A DNA stretch of 64,000 nt from Camelus ferus (GCF_009834535.1 NC_045697.1:48672001-48736000), one strand, 5' to 3'. Positions 1-13,293 are shown, numbered from the stretch's first letter. The notes: generated by a model not told the origin, from the sequence alone. Numbers and translations are program-made.

Positions 1-1193
1 AATTTGAGCTTAGTTTGTTCTTTTTCTGATTCATGGAGGTATAAAAGTAGGTTGTTTGAGATCTTTCTTGATTCTTAATGTAGGCATTTATCAGTATGAA
101 TTCTATACATTCTGTTGCTTTTGGATGATTTTCTGTCTGGATGAGCTATCCATTGATGAATGTTGGGTATTGAAGTCCCCTACTATTATTGTACTGCTGT
201 CTTTTTCTCCCTTTAGGTCTGTTAATATTTGCTTTCTATATTTAGGTGCTCCTATGTTGGGTTATAAACACTTACAAATGTTATTATATCCTCTTGTTGG
301 ATTGACCCCTTTATCATTATATAATGGCCTTGTCTCTTATTACAGTCTGTGTCTTAAAGTCCGTTTTGTCTGAAATAAGCGTAACTGCTCTAGCTTTCTT
401 ATTGGTTTCCATTGAAATGGAATATCTTTTTCCATCTCTCCACTTTCAGTCTGTGTTCTTGAAGCTGGAGTGAGTGTCTTGCAGGCAGCATATAGTTGGG
501 TCAGGTTTTTTAAATTCATTCAGTCCCTCAATGTCTTGATCAGAGAATTTCGTCAGTTTACATTTAAAGTACTTATCGATAGATACGGACTTACTCTTAC
601 CATTTTGCTTTCTGACTGTTTTGTAATTCTGTTCCTTTCTCCTCTTGCTCTCTTCCTTTGTGATTTGATTTTCTGTAGTGGTAGGGTTAGATTGCTTTCT
701 CACCTTTTATGTGTCTACTGTAGATTTTTGCTTTGTGGTTACCATGAGGCTTACATAAAACATCTTAGACTTATAATAGTCTATTTTAAGGTGATAACTT
801 AAGTTCAAATGCATTCTAAAGTTGTATGTTTTATTCACCTCAACATTTTATGTTTTTGATGTCATGGTTTACATCTTTTTATCTTGTATATTGATTGACA
901 CATTATTGTAGTTGTAGTTATTCTTACTGCTTTTTTCTTCTAAACTTTGTAATAGATTTATAAATGATTAGCCCACCACCATTACAACATTTTACTGTAT
1001 ATTTACCAGGGAGAGTTATACTTTTAATATGTTTCCTAATTACTGTTTAGCACCCTTTTGTTTCAGCTTAAAGATGTTCCTTTAACACTTCTTGTAAGGC
1101 CAGTCTAGTGGTGAGGAGCTCCTTTAGCTTTTGTCTGGGAAACTCTTTTTTCCTTTCTTTCTGTTTTTTTTTCTTTCTTTTTTTCTTTCTTTA

Positions 1194-1224
<31 letters not shown>

Positions 1225-3234
1225 TTCTCTTTTTCTCTCTTTCTCTCTCTCTCTTTCTCTCTTTTTCAATTCTGAAGGACAGCTTTGCTGGGTAGAGTCT
1301 TCCTGGTTGGCAGTTTTTTTTTTTCTTTCAGCACTCTGAATGTGTTATATCACTCTTCTACCCTGCAAAGTTTCTGCCAAAAAATCTGCTGATCGTTGCT
1401 ATATGTAACGAGTTCTTTTTTTTTCTTGCTGCTTTTAAGAGTCTCTCCTTGTCTTTCACTTTGGACAATTCAATTGACAATTCAATTATTCTGTCTCTCA
1501 GTGTGGGTCTCTTTTCTATTTTAGAACTCTCTGGACTTCCTGGTTCTGGATGCTTGTTTCCTTCCTCAGGTTAGGAAAGTTTTCAGCCATTATTTTTTCA
1601 AAAAGCTTTCTATCCCTTTCTTTCTCCCTTCTCCTTCTGGGACCTTTACAATGTGAATATTTGTTCTTTTGATGTTGTCCCATAAATCCTTTAAGCTATC
1701 TGTACTCTTTGTCATTCTTTTTTCTTTTTGCTCCTTTGGATGAATTCTACTGCCTTGTCCTTTAGTTTGCCAATCCTCTCTTGCACTTCCTTTAGTCTGC
1801 TGTTGAACAGACTCTACTGAATTTTTCAGTTCAGTTATTGTATCCTCAGCTATGTGATTTCTGTTTGATATTTTCTTATATTTATATCTCCTTTTTAAAA
1901 TTCTCACTTTGTTCACACATTGTTCTCCTGACCTCTTTATGGCCATTATTTTTAACTCTTTATCAGGTAAATCATTTATCTCCATTTCATGAAGGTCTTT
2001 TTCTGGAGTTTTATCTTTTTCTTTCATTTAGAACATATTCCTCTGTTTCTCGTTTTTTGTTTTTTTTTTTTAAACTGTGTTGGTTTGTGTACATTAGAAA
2101 AAACAGCCACCTCTCCCAGTCTTTAAGTGCTGGCCTTGTGTAGGAGACGCAACACATCATTCAGCCCTGCCCTGGCCCTTGGTTGCTTCTCAAACTTTTG
2201 TGATTGTTCAAGCTGTTTTCTTTGTTTGTTAGTGGCCCCTAGTAGTGAAGGGTGTGCCCAGACCTGTCAGTGTCCCAAAGCGGGGAGAATCTCAGCCAGC
2301 ACCCAGATGCAGGCTGATTGGAGCCAGGCCCTGAGGCAGTGGCTTTCAAAGTATACAGAGTACCTCTTTCAGGGGAAGACTAGGAGATGGACATTCTGTC
2401 TCTTCCCTCTGCACTGAGCTGTCGGGTGACAGCCAGTTAAAAACTGTTTCTTGTTTGCTACCATCCTGTTGAACCCATGAACAGGAGCCCTGCTGGCTAC
2501 CAGAGCCAGACTTTCACGGGATGTGTGTCCTCCGGGCAGCAGCCACAAAAGCCGGGATGCCAGGTGTGTGTACAAGCTCCTTTCATGGAGACACTGGCAA
2601 CCTGGGGCAGGGCAGATGGAGAGTGTGCAAATGGTACCCACTGGCCTCCCTGGTTTCTGGAGGAGACTGCAGTTGGTCCCTACATATGTGTTAAATTAGA
2701 AGCCTGACCCTCAGGCCACAGCTTTTAAGATCTGCAGACAGGCCTCTTTCACAGAAAGACTGGGCTTTTCTGCCTGCTGCCTCTGCGCCATACCCCGGGA
2801 GGGATGGCCACGGTGAGCCTGTGCGAGCCCCTTCAAGAACCGATTGTTAGTTCACTACAGCCTAATGAGTCTTACAGATGGAAGCCCCATTGGCTTTCAG
2901 AGCTGGATGCTTTTGAGGAGCCACCTCTCAGGTGGAAGTCTTAAAAGTCAGGGCACCAGGTGTGTATTCCAAACTCTTTGCTTCTTTAGGGAGAAGCTGG
3001 GAGTTTCGAGTTCCCTCCCAGGGGTTGTCAACTATACCCAGGGTGGGGTTTGGTGCGATTGTCTCCACCTCTCCTACCTGTTTTAATGTGGTTTTCTTCT
3101 TGTTCACCCAATGTAGAGGAGTTGCTCAGCTAGTTTCTGGATGTTTTTTCAGAGCGAATTGTTCTATGTGCAGCTGTAGGTTCGGTGAGGGGAGGTGATC
3201 AGGAGCCTCCTATGTTAGCATTTTGAACTGGACT
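1..3234 (-). mobile_element. Decayed LINE-1, 5' portion: 5' UTR (~2050-3234), ORF1 remnant (~1000-2030), ORF2 endonuclease remnant (1-~600); runs off the left edge
   Basis: ORF fragments LKDLWDNIKRTNIHIVKVPEGE (ORF1p-like) and PDPTICCLQDTH (L1 endonuclease motif). Many stops and frameshifts. Confidence 0.9.
1145..1266. repeat. CT/CTTT-rich microsatellite inside the L1
   Basis: Pure pyrimidine run with (CT)n and (CTTT)n units. Confidence 0.9.
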
Positions 3235-3423
3235 CTATTTTTTGTTTTCAATCTAGTTGTTACAGCAGCTTGGGCTACACCCTAACCATGAGAAAAAAAA
3301 AATCCCTGGGATTGTCTATCATCATGATCTCCAATTATTGGATGAAGGCTAAAACCCAGTTACCTATTTAGTCGATATCAAATAACTAATTTGCTCTAGT
3401 TTCTCACTTTTTCTCATCACTAT

Positions 3424-4270
3424 TTTTTAAATTGAGGTATAATTAATAATCAGAATTAGGCACAGATTTAAATGTTCAGTTGGATGAATTTTGACAGTTT
3501 CATTCACCCATGTAACCACAACTCGAAGCACGTACAGAATATACTTGTCCCCTCAGAAAGTTCTCTTTTGTTCATTTTGAATCAATTAGCTTCCCTCCCT
3601 CCCCAGGCCACCACTTTGTCATTTCTACCATTACAAGTTAGTTTTGCCTGTTCTAGAACTTGATATAAATGGAATCATACAGTATATATATTTTTGTGTG
3701 TGTAACTCCATTTGCTTAATGTAATGGTTTCCATTCACGTGGTTACATTTACCAATAGTTTATTCTTTTTTAAAAAAAACTGATTGATAGTGTTCCATTG
3801 TATTAATCTACTACAATTTGGTTATCTGTTGATTGGAGATTTCAGTTGTTTTCAGTTTTTGACTACTGTGATTCAAGCTGCGAAAACATCTTGTACAAGT
3901 CTTTTTGCAGAGATAGATTTTAATTTCTTTAGAGTAACTACTTAAAAGTGGAAGCGATAGATTATAGGGTAAATACACATTTCATTTTGTAAAGAACTAT
4001 CAGTTCTCCGAAGTGGGTTACTTGCCGACCAGGATGTGTAATAACTCCATTTGCCCCACATACTCACCAACACTTGATTTTAGTCACTCCAGTGAGTGAG
4101 TAATAGAATTTCCTTGTGGTTTAAATTTGTATTTCTCTAATAATTTAAAGACGTCTATCACCTTCCCATGTGCTTATTGGTCATTAATATATCTTCCTTT
4201 GTGAAATGTCTCTTTAATTCTTTTGCCAAGCTTTTAAAATTGGGTTGTCTTTTTATTGCTGATTTGTATT
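3424..4270 (-). mobile_element. Old L1M 3' end fragment (L1MC/ME-like)
   Basis: Begins ttttttaaattgaggtataatt, with typical antisense L1 3' UTR phrases (aaatggaatcatacagtat, ccattgtattaatctactacaatttg). Confidence 0.8.
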
Positions 4271-4728
4271 TGTGCATCATGCATATTTGTATTGGTGCCT
4301 AATGGATAAAATTCCTTTTGTTAGCTCCCTCCCACTGATTTCTGATCAATTTGACCTGAAGAGCGGTGGTTCTACTTTTGTTAGTGGACATATGATATAC
4401 CCTCTCAACCAGCCACGCCGACGTAGTATCCAGAGTCACAGTGACACATGCATGTCTCCTGTTGTGCTTCCCAAAGATGCTGCCCTTCTGTCTGCCTGGG
4501 GAGGCACGTTATTTAACTGCATCTTGAAATTATTTCCTCAGTTCCTTATTCCTCAGCACGTTATTCCTTAGCTTTTAAGTGACATTTCCAAGAAGCCCTT
4601 ACTATTTGTTCTTAAACTCTGCTATAGAACCTTCAAAATTTGTTGTTGGAAAACAAGAAGTCTTTGATAAGATTTGTAGAACAAGTCAGGAAAAAATGGA
4701 AGACGAAAAGGATTTGCAGTCTCACTGT

Positions 4729-4796
4729 AAAAAAAAAAAAATATATATATATATATACACATAGATATATATATACACACACATATATGTGTATAT
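4729..4796. repeat. A-run plus (TA)n/(CA)n microsatellite
   Basis: Seen directly in the sequence. Confidence 0.9.
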
Positions 4797-5888
4797 TTTT
4801 TCAGGGTTTCACATGTGGATTAAGGCAGTTATTCTTTGATTTGGGGGAAGTTTCCCTTGAGTATTAAATAATATCAAAACACATCTAGTGATGCATTATT
4901 AAACTGAGTTTATTATTGAACTCATTATTAAATTTTTGGAGTGAACTTGATTGAAAATGTCTGTTTATGTCCTAAGCTGAAATTCACTTTCTGCCCATCT
5001 GCACAGAACCCTAGCCCTGGAAGGGATATCAGACTATCTTCCTGCCTTTTAATAAATCTGCTTCCAAATCATTTCATACCAGGGGGATCTGTAATCTTTT
5101 TTTTTTCCTTTTAATTGTCAGGAAGGAAGGTTAATGTTCTTCTCAGTCCAGGGCCCGTGAGTCCTCTTTCTTGGGTTGCTCCTTCTTATCTACTTGGTTC
5201 CTATTACTGAAAATTGAAGCCAACTCCTATATTCTGTTCTAATTAGAGAAGAGAAATAGCTTTCAGTCACTCATACATATTTATACACATTGCAAAGTTT
5301 GCAAAATCTCCTTTTACCTGTCTTTCTCTTTTAGCTTGAATGAGGTGAAATTTTTTCCCGACATTGAAAATAGCACATTCTTGACTTTACACACAGGTTG
5401 TCTTCCCTTCCAGCTCTTTACTCATTCCCACTTTATCCTTTCTAAGTTGCCTCCCCCCAAAAAGGAAAAACATAACTGGAATCATTTGGGACAGGAAAGA
5501 AAAGAAAGGTGACAACTGCACAGACAGAAACACACAGAGACAGAAAGTACTCATGTGGCGACACAGCAAGAGACAGACAGGTGTACAGAGGCAGAGCTAG
5601 ACAGACAGAGGTCGACAGATAGAAAACTTATACGTGCTCTTGAATAGGCATTATTCTAAACCTCTTGCTTTAGAGACTTTGAGGAGTATCAATGTATGAA
5701 GCACATTTAAAGAAGACATAAATGAGAAACTGCCTTCCCTTTGACACCTCCTTTAAGAGATAGAAATTGCCCGTTTGATACAGTTTTTTTCCTTTATTGT
5801 CAGAGAAATAGTTCTTACAGAATCGGCAACTACAGAATTCTATGCTACCAGAAAATAATGCTAAGGTAATAATCTAGAAGAATAAATT

Positions 5889-6625
5889 TGTGCCAGTTAT
5901 CAAGTTACTGCCTCTTAGCTCTACGTTCACCCTTCAATATATGCTGTGACAATGGACAGAGTCCCTTTAAAAATCTCTTTACAGTGAGTGAGATGTTAAG
6001 CTTTCCCAGTAGAGGGCGCTGGAGGGGCAGCAGGGAAGGAAAGGGCTTACCTTGCTGTTTGGACTGCTGTCTGGTGCAGCAGTGGGGTGAGTGTGAGGAT
6101 ATCTGATAGAGTTCCGCCCCAACGACGGGTTGCCTTGGTGACCTTGCAGCCTCAGCAGGTGATAACCTTCTCCCAGCCCTGTGGACTAGAAACCCACACC
6201 CTGAAGGATTCCTGCTTGCATTCACGCCCAAGGCATTCTGCCTGTGCAGATAACCTGAGACTCAGAGAGTTTGCACTGGGCAGCCACCCCCTCTATGACC
6301 CCGCTAACTGTGCACCTCTACACTGTGTTTTGCTAACTGACCATACCCACCTGCGCTCTGAAGGGTTGCTTCCTGCTTGCCCAAGAACTGCAGACTAGCC
6401 TTTGGCCTGGGCAAACCAGCAAGCTTCTCTGCTATCTGGCGGGCTGCATTCTCCAAGGAGTTCTGAACCCCAGCGTTGGCAAGGGGGGGGGGGGGCTTTC
6501 CAAGTGTCTCTTTCCTTGGATATTCTTCCTTAGATGGAGGGTATCATGTAGAATCCCTTATATTCTATAGGCACTGGTTTAATCAGAATTTAATCATTTG
6601 TTATATTAAACTTCCACTGTGTAAA
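5889..6625 (+). mobile_element. Solo ERVL-type LTR, LTR41-like
   Basis: Starts TG, contains gatgttaagcttt...cagtagagggcgctggaggg (recalled LTR41-like segment), and has attaaa near its end. Family and ends are approximate. Confidence 0.5.
6006..6021 (+). promoter_or_regulatory. CTCF core motif CCAGTAGAGGGCGCTG
   Basis: Exact match to the consensus CCASYAGRKGGCRSY. Confidence 0.6.
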
Positions 6626-7254
6626 GCAATAGCAATACTGATGTTTTAGCAAGAAATGCAGCTGCTTTTCCACTTAGGGAAGATCTGAGAGCAGTGTACA
6701 GAACGAAGTAGGAATAAATGAACTAGTTTCTTCATTCAGTTTTTTTCTTGCCTAATTTTGATTTTAGGCTTTTGAACTTGGGTAATGGCTCCTTTCACTT
6801 CTCAGACGAAATGAACACATTTTTGTTTCATTAGCTAGACTGTCCATTCCAAGCTGAGAGAAATTCTAACTCGTATATGACATGAGTCTTGTGTTGAAGC
6901 AATGGAAATATAAGGTCCCCACTGAAAAGGTCAGTGGTGATTTCAGGTTAGTACAGATGTCATGGCAGACTTTAGATTACTCATTTCTTTTGGGGAGAAA
7001 GAATTAGTGCAGTTGAGCCTGAATAAGTTCTGAGCTTGTTTAAATTTAAGAGATCTAGGAGAGAGTGAGCAGGGGGAAAAAAACCCATATCACAACCTTG
7101 GGAATTGTATAATAGTGGTGACAATATTAACTCATAATAATGCAATTAATAAGGGTAAATGGGACAGGGCTTTGAATTTCTGGGATTACTGTGACATAAA
7201 TTCATGCTCGTCTAATCATGATCCTAACAACAGAAATGGACAAATGATTGGTGT

Positions 7255-7402
7255 AAGAGGCCCCCAAGTGCCAGAGAACATCAGAATAAGCTGGGGAACC
7301 TGTTAAGATGCAGATTCCCAGCCTACTTGGTTGTGTCCCAGCAACTGGCATTTTTCACAAGCACTCTGATTCTGATGCAGATACTGCACTTTGAGAGACC
7401 AT
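7255..7402. mobile_element. MER5-like hAT-Charlie DNA transposon relic
   Basis: catcagaat...ctgggga...tgttaagatgcagattcc...gattctgatgca...tttgaga. Confidence 0.65.
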
Positions 7403-7419
7403 GAGTTAGTGTCTGAATG

Positions 7420-10400
7420 AGCTCCCTTAAGAAAAGGGAGGTTTTATTTCAAAATAAGAGTAAACTAGAATACTGTTCATGTGTCCCTTTCTGATATTAA
7501 AATGGCCTTTGTCATTTCATTCCATGCTTCACCCCAAAGAGTTCAGGCAGCAATGAATAACTTGTCCCCAGTAACCTATTTCTGTGTAGAAAGGTCCCTT
7601 CACGTTCACCTGGCCATCTCTTGCTGGAGATGGAGAAGTTATTTTTGGCTGAAGTTCTTCCTTTTTCCTCCCAGCAGAAAGGTGAATAAAACTCATTTTG
7701 TTCTAAGAAAGGAAAAATAATTCTAACCTAACAGAATAAAGCCAATAATATCATGGAAAATTAAACTAAAGAGAAAAATTTGGAATCATATTAGAATTTA
7801 AAAAAGCCAGCATTTTCCAGGGTATCCAAAACAACAAAAAAAATCCTAGTATCTTAATAAAAGCTGTTTGAATAAAATACAAGCTTAAAAGTAGAACTCC
7901 TATTAGGGCTGTGATCTACTTTTTAAACTCAGAAGTGATCTTAGATCAGGTAATAATGGAATAATAGGGAAGCTTGTATGTCCCAGGCTGGTTTCTGCTT
8001 CTGCACCCCAAAGGACCTCAGTGAAGCCCTCACTCCTCACCTGAACAGACTCTTGAGAGCTGCCCCAAACGTGCTGATCTTCAAGTCGGAAGATAGTTGT
8101 GCAAAACAAAATCTAAAATGATCCCCTGGAGCAAAGGGAAAAACTGGTTTCCACAGTGCCTCTGGGAGAAACTCAGCAACATTCACTGTGGATCCTCCCT
8201 GCATTGTTGGGGTTAAGCAGCCACCACAAGAAGCAGAATAGCAGGGAAAAGGCTGAGTCAGCCAGCATGTTGCAACGAGCCCAGGAACTGCCCTAGGGGC
8301 CCAGGAATCTGGAGGTTCCCAGTTTTGTCGCAGGACATTGTCCTTTCTCAGAACTTCGAAGGTTTCCTGAGGATCAGCAGCAAGGCCATCCTCCCACTCC
8401 CACCTGACTTCTCATGAGACATGGGATCTCTGAAATGGTCACATCCACAGGGACAATTATTGATGGAACAAACATTCCTGAGGATGTCATGTGTGTCCTG
8501 AAATCCCGAGACCAACAGCTTGCTCGTGGTTGCTGTGTTCATGATTGGCTGAGGATACTGTTTGGAGGCAAAAGGTGGCTTCTACTGTAGATGATTTTTT
8601 AGTCGTGGGAAAGAATGCAAAATAGGTAAAGGGATAAAGAATGGCTTATTTTCTAGTTAAAGTTAATGAAAATTCGGTTAGTGGTTTCTTCTCATCAGAG
8701 CACAAAGGTCAAGTCCTGTGATAACTGTCACAGCCACCTGAGAATTAGATTCCAGTCCCCCTTGGGATGTCACTCATTTCACGTAACAACAGAGCATTTC
8801 AGTGCAGCAGAACAAGGGACAGGACCCTAAAAGTGTCACAGCTTCCAGGTGCTTGTGGTGTGGAGTATCACCTGCTGCTCTTCTGTTGGAGTCACTTACT
8901 TTGACATGTAAAAATTAGAAAAGTGACTGAAAAAGCCTAAATATATAAAATGTTCCAAGTCAAATCCTTAAGAATAATTTAGAAGAGTGTTGGGAATTGG
9001 GAGTCCCAGAACCCTGAGGAATTTCAGAGACCTGCTGAAGTCACCTGCTGACTAGCTTCAACCTGGTCTGACCCCAAGGAACCACCCAGTATCATCAGCA
9101 AGACACACAGTTAATTACCGATTGGAGTGGATCTCAAGCTCCTGTGAGTTTTTCTTTACTTTGAAATGACCTACAGTGTGGCTATTGAATGTTGTCCCTG
9201 GTTCTGCTGACTCCCTGGGGGATGGAATCTCTAGGTGTCCTAAGAGATCAGCTTTGGAAAACATTCCTGGAAAACCAAGGTGCAGTCTTACTGTATCATT
9301 GCGGTCAGACAGTGTAAAACCTCCAAAGAAATGATGCAGTGGCTTTTGCTGATGGCTCACAAGAAATTTCTGGGTGGCCTATTGGTTCTAAGTTCATCAA
9401 ATGACATCTGTATTAGGGACCAAAACTATGCTTCTGTAGCTCTTAACTGGAAGATAAACTTCATAAAGTAATTAAAGCATATTAAGGAAATGGGCATCTG
9501 GTACCCTCCTATGAATGTTCCTCTCCCAGTTCTCCAGGACTGGCTCTACAGTACTGTAGCCCAAATCAGCACAGGGGGCCACCAGCCATGGATTAAACAC
9601 ATGTGAAAACAACAACAGAACTAAAACATAGCCTGGGATGCACCACCTGCTCAAAGTATCAGGCTGCTGCCAACTCTGGTAGCTGCCAACACAGCCTGGT
9701 TACCGGCCCAGCCCCTCCTTCCTGTCTGCTTGAATAGACTGACAGCTCGGGCTCCGAAGTACCCTCTTAGATGTTGTTATGGAAGCATAACAGTGCAAAA
9801 TCAGTCTTCAGGTGTGCAGGGTAGAGTTTTTAACAGAAATGTGCTTGGTAAGTTTGACACTGTAGGAAAAGGAACTTTTTAAAAAAGCATCAGTAAAATA
9901 GCCTGATAATGTCTCACTTAAGCTGTATTCAGCTCAAATCTTGCCTAGGAGGACAGGGAGCATTCAGCTGTGAACTGACTTGGGTCCTGGCCGCCTTCTT
10001 GTCAACAGGTTGGAGAGTTGGCCCTATTAGTAAAATTTAGCTCTCTCTCCACAGCAGTGATAATGACTGGAGCACGAGGAAATGACGTGGTCGCTGTGCT
10101 GCGCACAGCTGTCTTCCTGGGGAGGTGCGTGTGCTCCTGCGAGCTGTGGGGGGTGAAGGGCCAGGGGCAGTGGCAGCTGGGAATCCCCCATCCTCAGCTG
10201 AAAACAAGGGCAGAAGGTCCACTTGTGGTGAGAGTTTAAGAAAAAAATTCTCCACACTCAATGTGACTATCTTTGGAATTCTTCATTAATTAAGGTTTTC
10301 ACAAAATACAAAGCTCAAACGTAGCTGTCTATGGTCACCACACAACAGAATCAAATAAAGGGTTTGCACACAAATGATGATCTTTTTCATTTTTAAAAAT

Positions 10401-10887
10401 ATAAATAGCAGAGTTCAAGGTCTGACAGTTTCTTCTCTGTGTGTTTCTTTTTAAGGCTTTATGCTGCAGGCCCTTCCGTAATAAGCACTTGTCCCTGCTG
10501 TAGGGACACGCTGCCCCCAAGCAAGGAAGGCCACTGCGGGTGCATTCCCAGGGCGACACACACCGACCCAGGTTGCCTCAGCCTGTGAAAAGCTCAACGA
10601 TCAACCGAACACCCTCCAATCAGTTCTCAGTTTCATTAATCTTCTTTCTACTACGAAGTAACAATAGAAAGGAGTAAGTTCCCAGCAGCATTCAAGCTCT
10701 TAGAAGATCAATCATGAAGGGCGAGAGGGAAAACACAGGCTTTTTCCCGGATAGAATGCTTTCCTTTTATCCAGAAAACCCCCAATAACCCATACAGTTG
10801 AAAGGGTGGCTTGTACTGAAACGCTTTTCGGATTAAATAGTGTTGAGAGAAGGGGTGATCTTTAGTGGGGGGGGACTGCAGGAGAGG
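7420..10887 (-). other. SHROOM3: Probable SHROOM3 3' UTR (~3.5 kb)
   Basis: Repeat-poor sequence between the stop codon and the first minus-strand AATAAA I found. The human 3' UTR is also several kb. The distal end is inferred. Confidence 0.6.
7443..7448 (-). terminator. Candidate polyadenylation signal AATAAA for SHROOM3
   Basis: tttatt on the plus strand; first canonical hexamer seen downstream of the stop, just before repeat sequence resumes. Confidence 0.5.
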
Positions 10888-10921
10888 TTAAAGTGGAGAG
10901 GCTACTGTTGGCAAAGTACCA

Positions 10922-11257
10922 CTAGCAGGACACCCCCCCCACAGGAGTCAGGTCGCTGGCGAGGTCCGGGGGCAGAGCCAGGGCGCCTGCCTTGGGGACG
11001 AAGTCCGCCGGGAGGCTCTCCAGCAGACACTTGACCTGCTCCTGGCCCAGCTTGATCCTGTCGTCCAGCTTTCGCTGCTCGATGAGGAGCGTGGACTTCA
11101 TTTTCACAAAATGCTGGTAATCCTGGAGCTGCTCCTCTGAGAGGTAATTGGCCAGGATGTCCAACACCACGCGCTCCCGTCGGTCCAGGTTCTCCTTGAG
11201 CTCCCGGGCGTCCTCGTGCTGCCCAGCCAGGACCTTCCTCTTCTCATTAAGAGAGCT
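10922..11257 (-). CDS. SHROOM3: SHROOM3 terminal exon, coding part as written (TAG at 10922-10924; ancestral-frame TAA at 10888-10890)
   Basis: Acceptor tcttcttggcag|A. Encodes [31 protein letters not shown]...[38 protein letters not shown], the end of ASD2. The G8 run shifts the frame near the end. Confidence 0.93.
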   Translation of the reverse strand, partial: SSLNEKRKVLAGQHEDARELKENLDRRERVVLDILANYLSEEQLQDYQHFVKMKSTLLIEQRKLDDRIKLGQEQVKCLLESLPADFVPKAGALALPPDLASDLTPVGGVSC

Positions 11258-11552
11258 CTGCCAAGAAGAGATGAGCAGGTCAGTGGAGGGCGGGGAAGTG
11301 GGGGTGAGGAAGGGGGAGGGAAAGAGCCAAACTGCCCGCAAGGAGGCCTCCTATATAGGACGATGAAATATCCAAGTTTCTATTTCGATTGTCACTCTAA
11401 AGTAAGGAGACTCAGTTTTTTGAAAGGTTGCATATAGATGGTTCTCTAAGTCATAAAGTCACGTGGCAGCTTATATTTGAGAGAGATCGCATTAAATTGG
11501 CTGGGCTAATGGCTTTACTCTAGGCTTCTAGACTTAAAGGGGCAACCAAGGA

Positions 11553-11812
11553 CGCCACTTATATTAGGTACTTGGAGTAGTTAAGGTCATAGAGACACAA
11601 AGTAGAATGGGTGGCTGCCAGGGCCTGGGGGGAGGGGGGAACGGAGGGGGAATTGTTTCAATGGTTAGAGTTTCAGGTTCGCAAGATGCAAAAGTTTTGG
11701 AGATCTGTCGCACAACAGTGTAAATATACTTAACACTGCAGAACTATACATTTAAACATGGTTAAGATGGCAAATTTCATGTTATGTGCAGTTTACCATA
11801 TTAAAAAAAAAT
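11553..11812 (+). mobile_element. L1MB-like 3' end fragment
   Basis: catagagacacaaagtagaatgg...gctgccaggg...gcaagatgcaaaagttttggagatc...atggttaagatggcaaatttcatgttatg, followed by an A tail. Confidence 0.85.
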
Positions 11813-11872
11813 TGAAGGGAAAGAAAGCCAATCTTCAAGGTACCTTGAGTGTTTACAAGCATTTACATTTAT

Positions 11873-12045
11873 AGCGATTCTCAAAGTGTGGGCCAGTAGC
11901 ACTGCCTGGGAACTTGTTAGAAATGCAGAATTTCAGGCCCTCTTCCACCCACTGTATCAGAAGCTCTGGAGGTAGGGCCCAGAGATCTGTGGTTGAAGAA
12001 GCCTCCCAGGTGAGTCTTTTGCAGCTGAAGTTTCAGAACCTCTAT
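11873..12045. mobile_element. MER5A-like DNA transposon
   Basis: ttctcaaagtgtgg...cctgggaacttgttagaaatgcagaatt.caggccc...tcagaacc. Confidence 0.8.
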
Positions 12046-12669
12046 TGTAATCCGCAGTCAACAATGGGAACACATTTACCACCTCTGAACAAAATCAGTT
12101 TCCATTTTCCAGGCCCTGAATCTAACATGAGGGAAATTCTATTAACAATGATGGCAATTTCATATTCTGAGAGTTTCTTATACAGACCCAATGGTAAGAC
12201 AGTGTTAGCATCCTTACAGCTGACATTTCAAAAAACTTCATTGCAGCTTTTTACCCAACATGCTGACATATAGTTAATGTCATTAAAATTTTTTTAAAAT
12301 TTTATATTTAACCAGAATTTTCAGGCCAAAGTGACTGAAAATTTTAAACTTTAAAGTGGAAATTAATCAAGAAATAAGATTATTTAAATATATGCTTCAA
12401 TACCAATTAGCTTATGTAGGGTTATGAAAGCCTCATGTGTCTTTGCCCTAACTGCCCTTGAACTAGCTTGTCAGGTCTTACACAGCAATGCCTGAGGAAA
12501 AGTGCAAAGTTAAAAGTTTATCTTACAAATATCTCCATTTTCATAGGCTTCCTTTCCCTAATCAGAACACACCTAAAAAACAACCTGAGGGACTGAATTT
12601 GCATGAAGACACCTTTCAAAATACTGTAGAGAAATTTTCAAGTTAAAGTGAGAACCTCTTCCTCACCTT

Positions 12670-12900
12670 TAAAAAATTATGAAATATTTTAAACATCACA
12701 ATTATATAGAGAACGGTTTAATACCTGTGCACGCATCATTAAGAGTGCCAAATCTTAGCATGAACATTTTTCCATATTTGCTTCAGATTGAAAACAAAAA
12801 AATCAGCTTCAGTCGAAGCCTTACATATACTTCTCCCGAACCTCATCTTCCCCCTCCTCCCCTTACTGGTAACTGTAATCCTGAGTTTGGCACTTATTGA
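12670..12900 (-). mobile_element. Old L1ME-like 3' fragment
   Basis: attatgaaatattttaaacat...catatttgcttcagatt...ggtaactgtaatcctgagtttgg. Confidence 0.55.
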
Positions 12901-13293
12901 ACCATTTATTCTTCTTTTCCTTTAAGAAACTTTTAAGTTTCCTGAGAGACTAGTCATTATAAAAACTAATACTGATGTGTTTTGCAGGTGAGCAAGCACT
13001 TACTCGTATGTAAGAGTGTGTGTGTGTGCATTTAAGCGTTAAGCTGAATTCAATTCTGGAACAACTCTTCTTCCCCAAACTAAGAACTGCTCCTTATCTC
13101 AGATGCCTGCAGCCTCCATCCAAGGGACCAAGCAGGAAACGTGGAACTACCTTCAGCTCCGTCCTTCCCCTCCTCTAACGTGCTCTGCTAATTCAAACTC
13201 ATTCTCTCACACCCTATTCTCTATCCCCATGACAACTGCCTAAATTAATAGCCTAAACCCTGCTTGCTAGACTATTACAGTAAGTCTCCCAGC

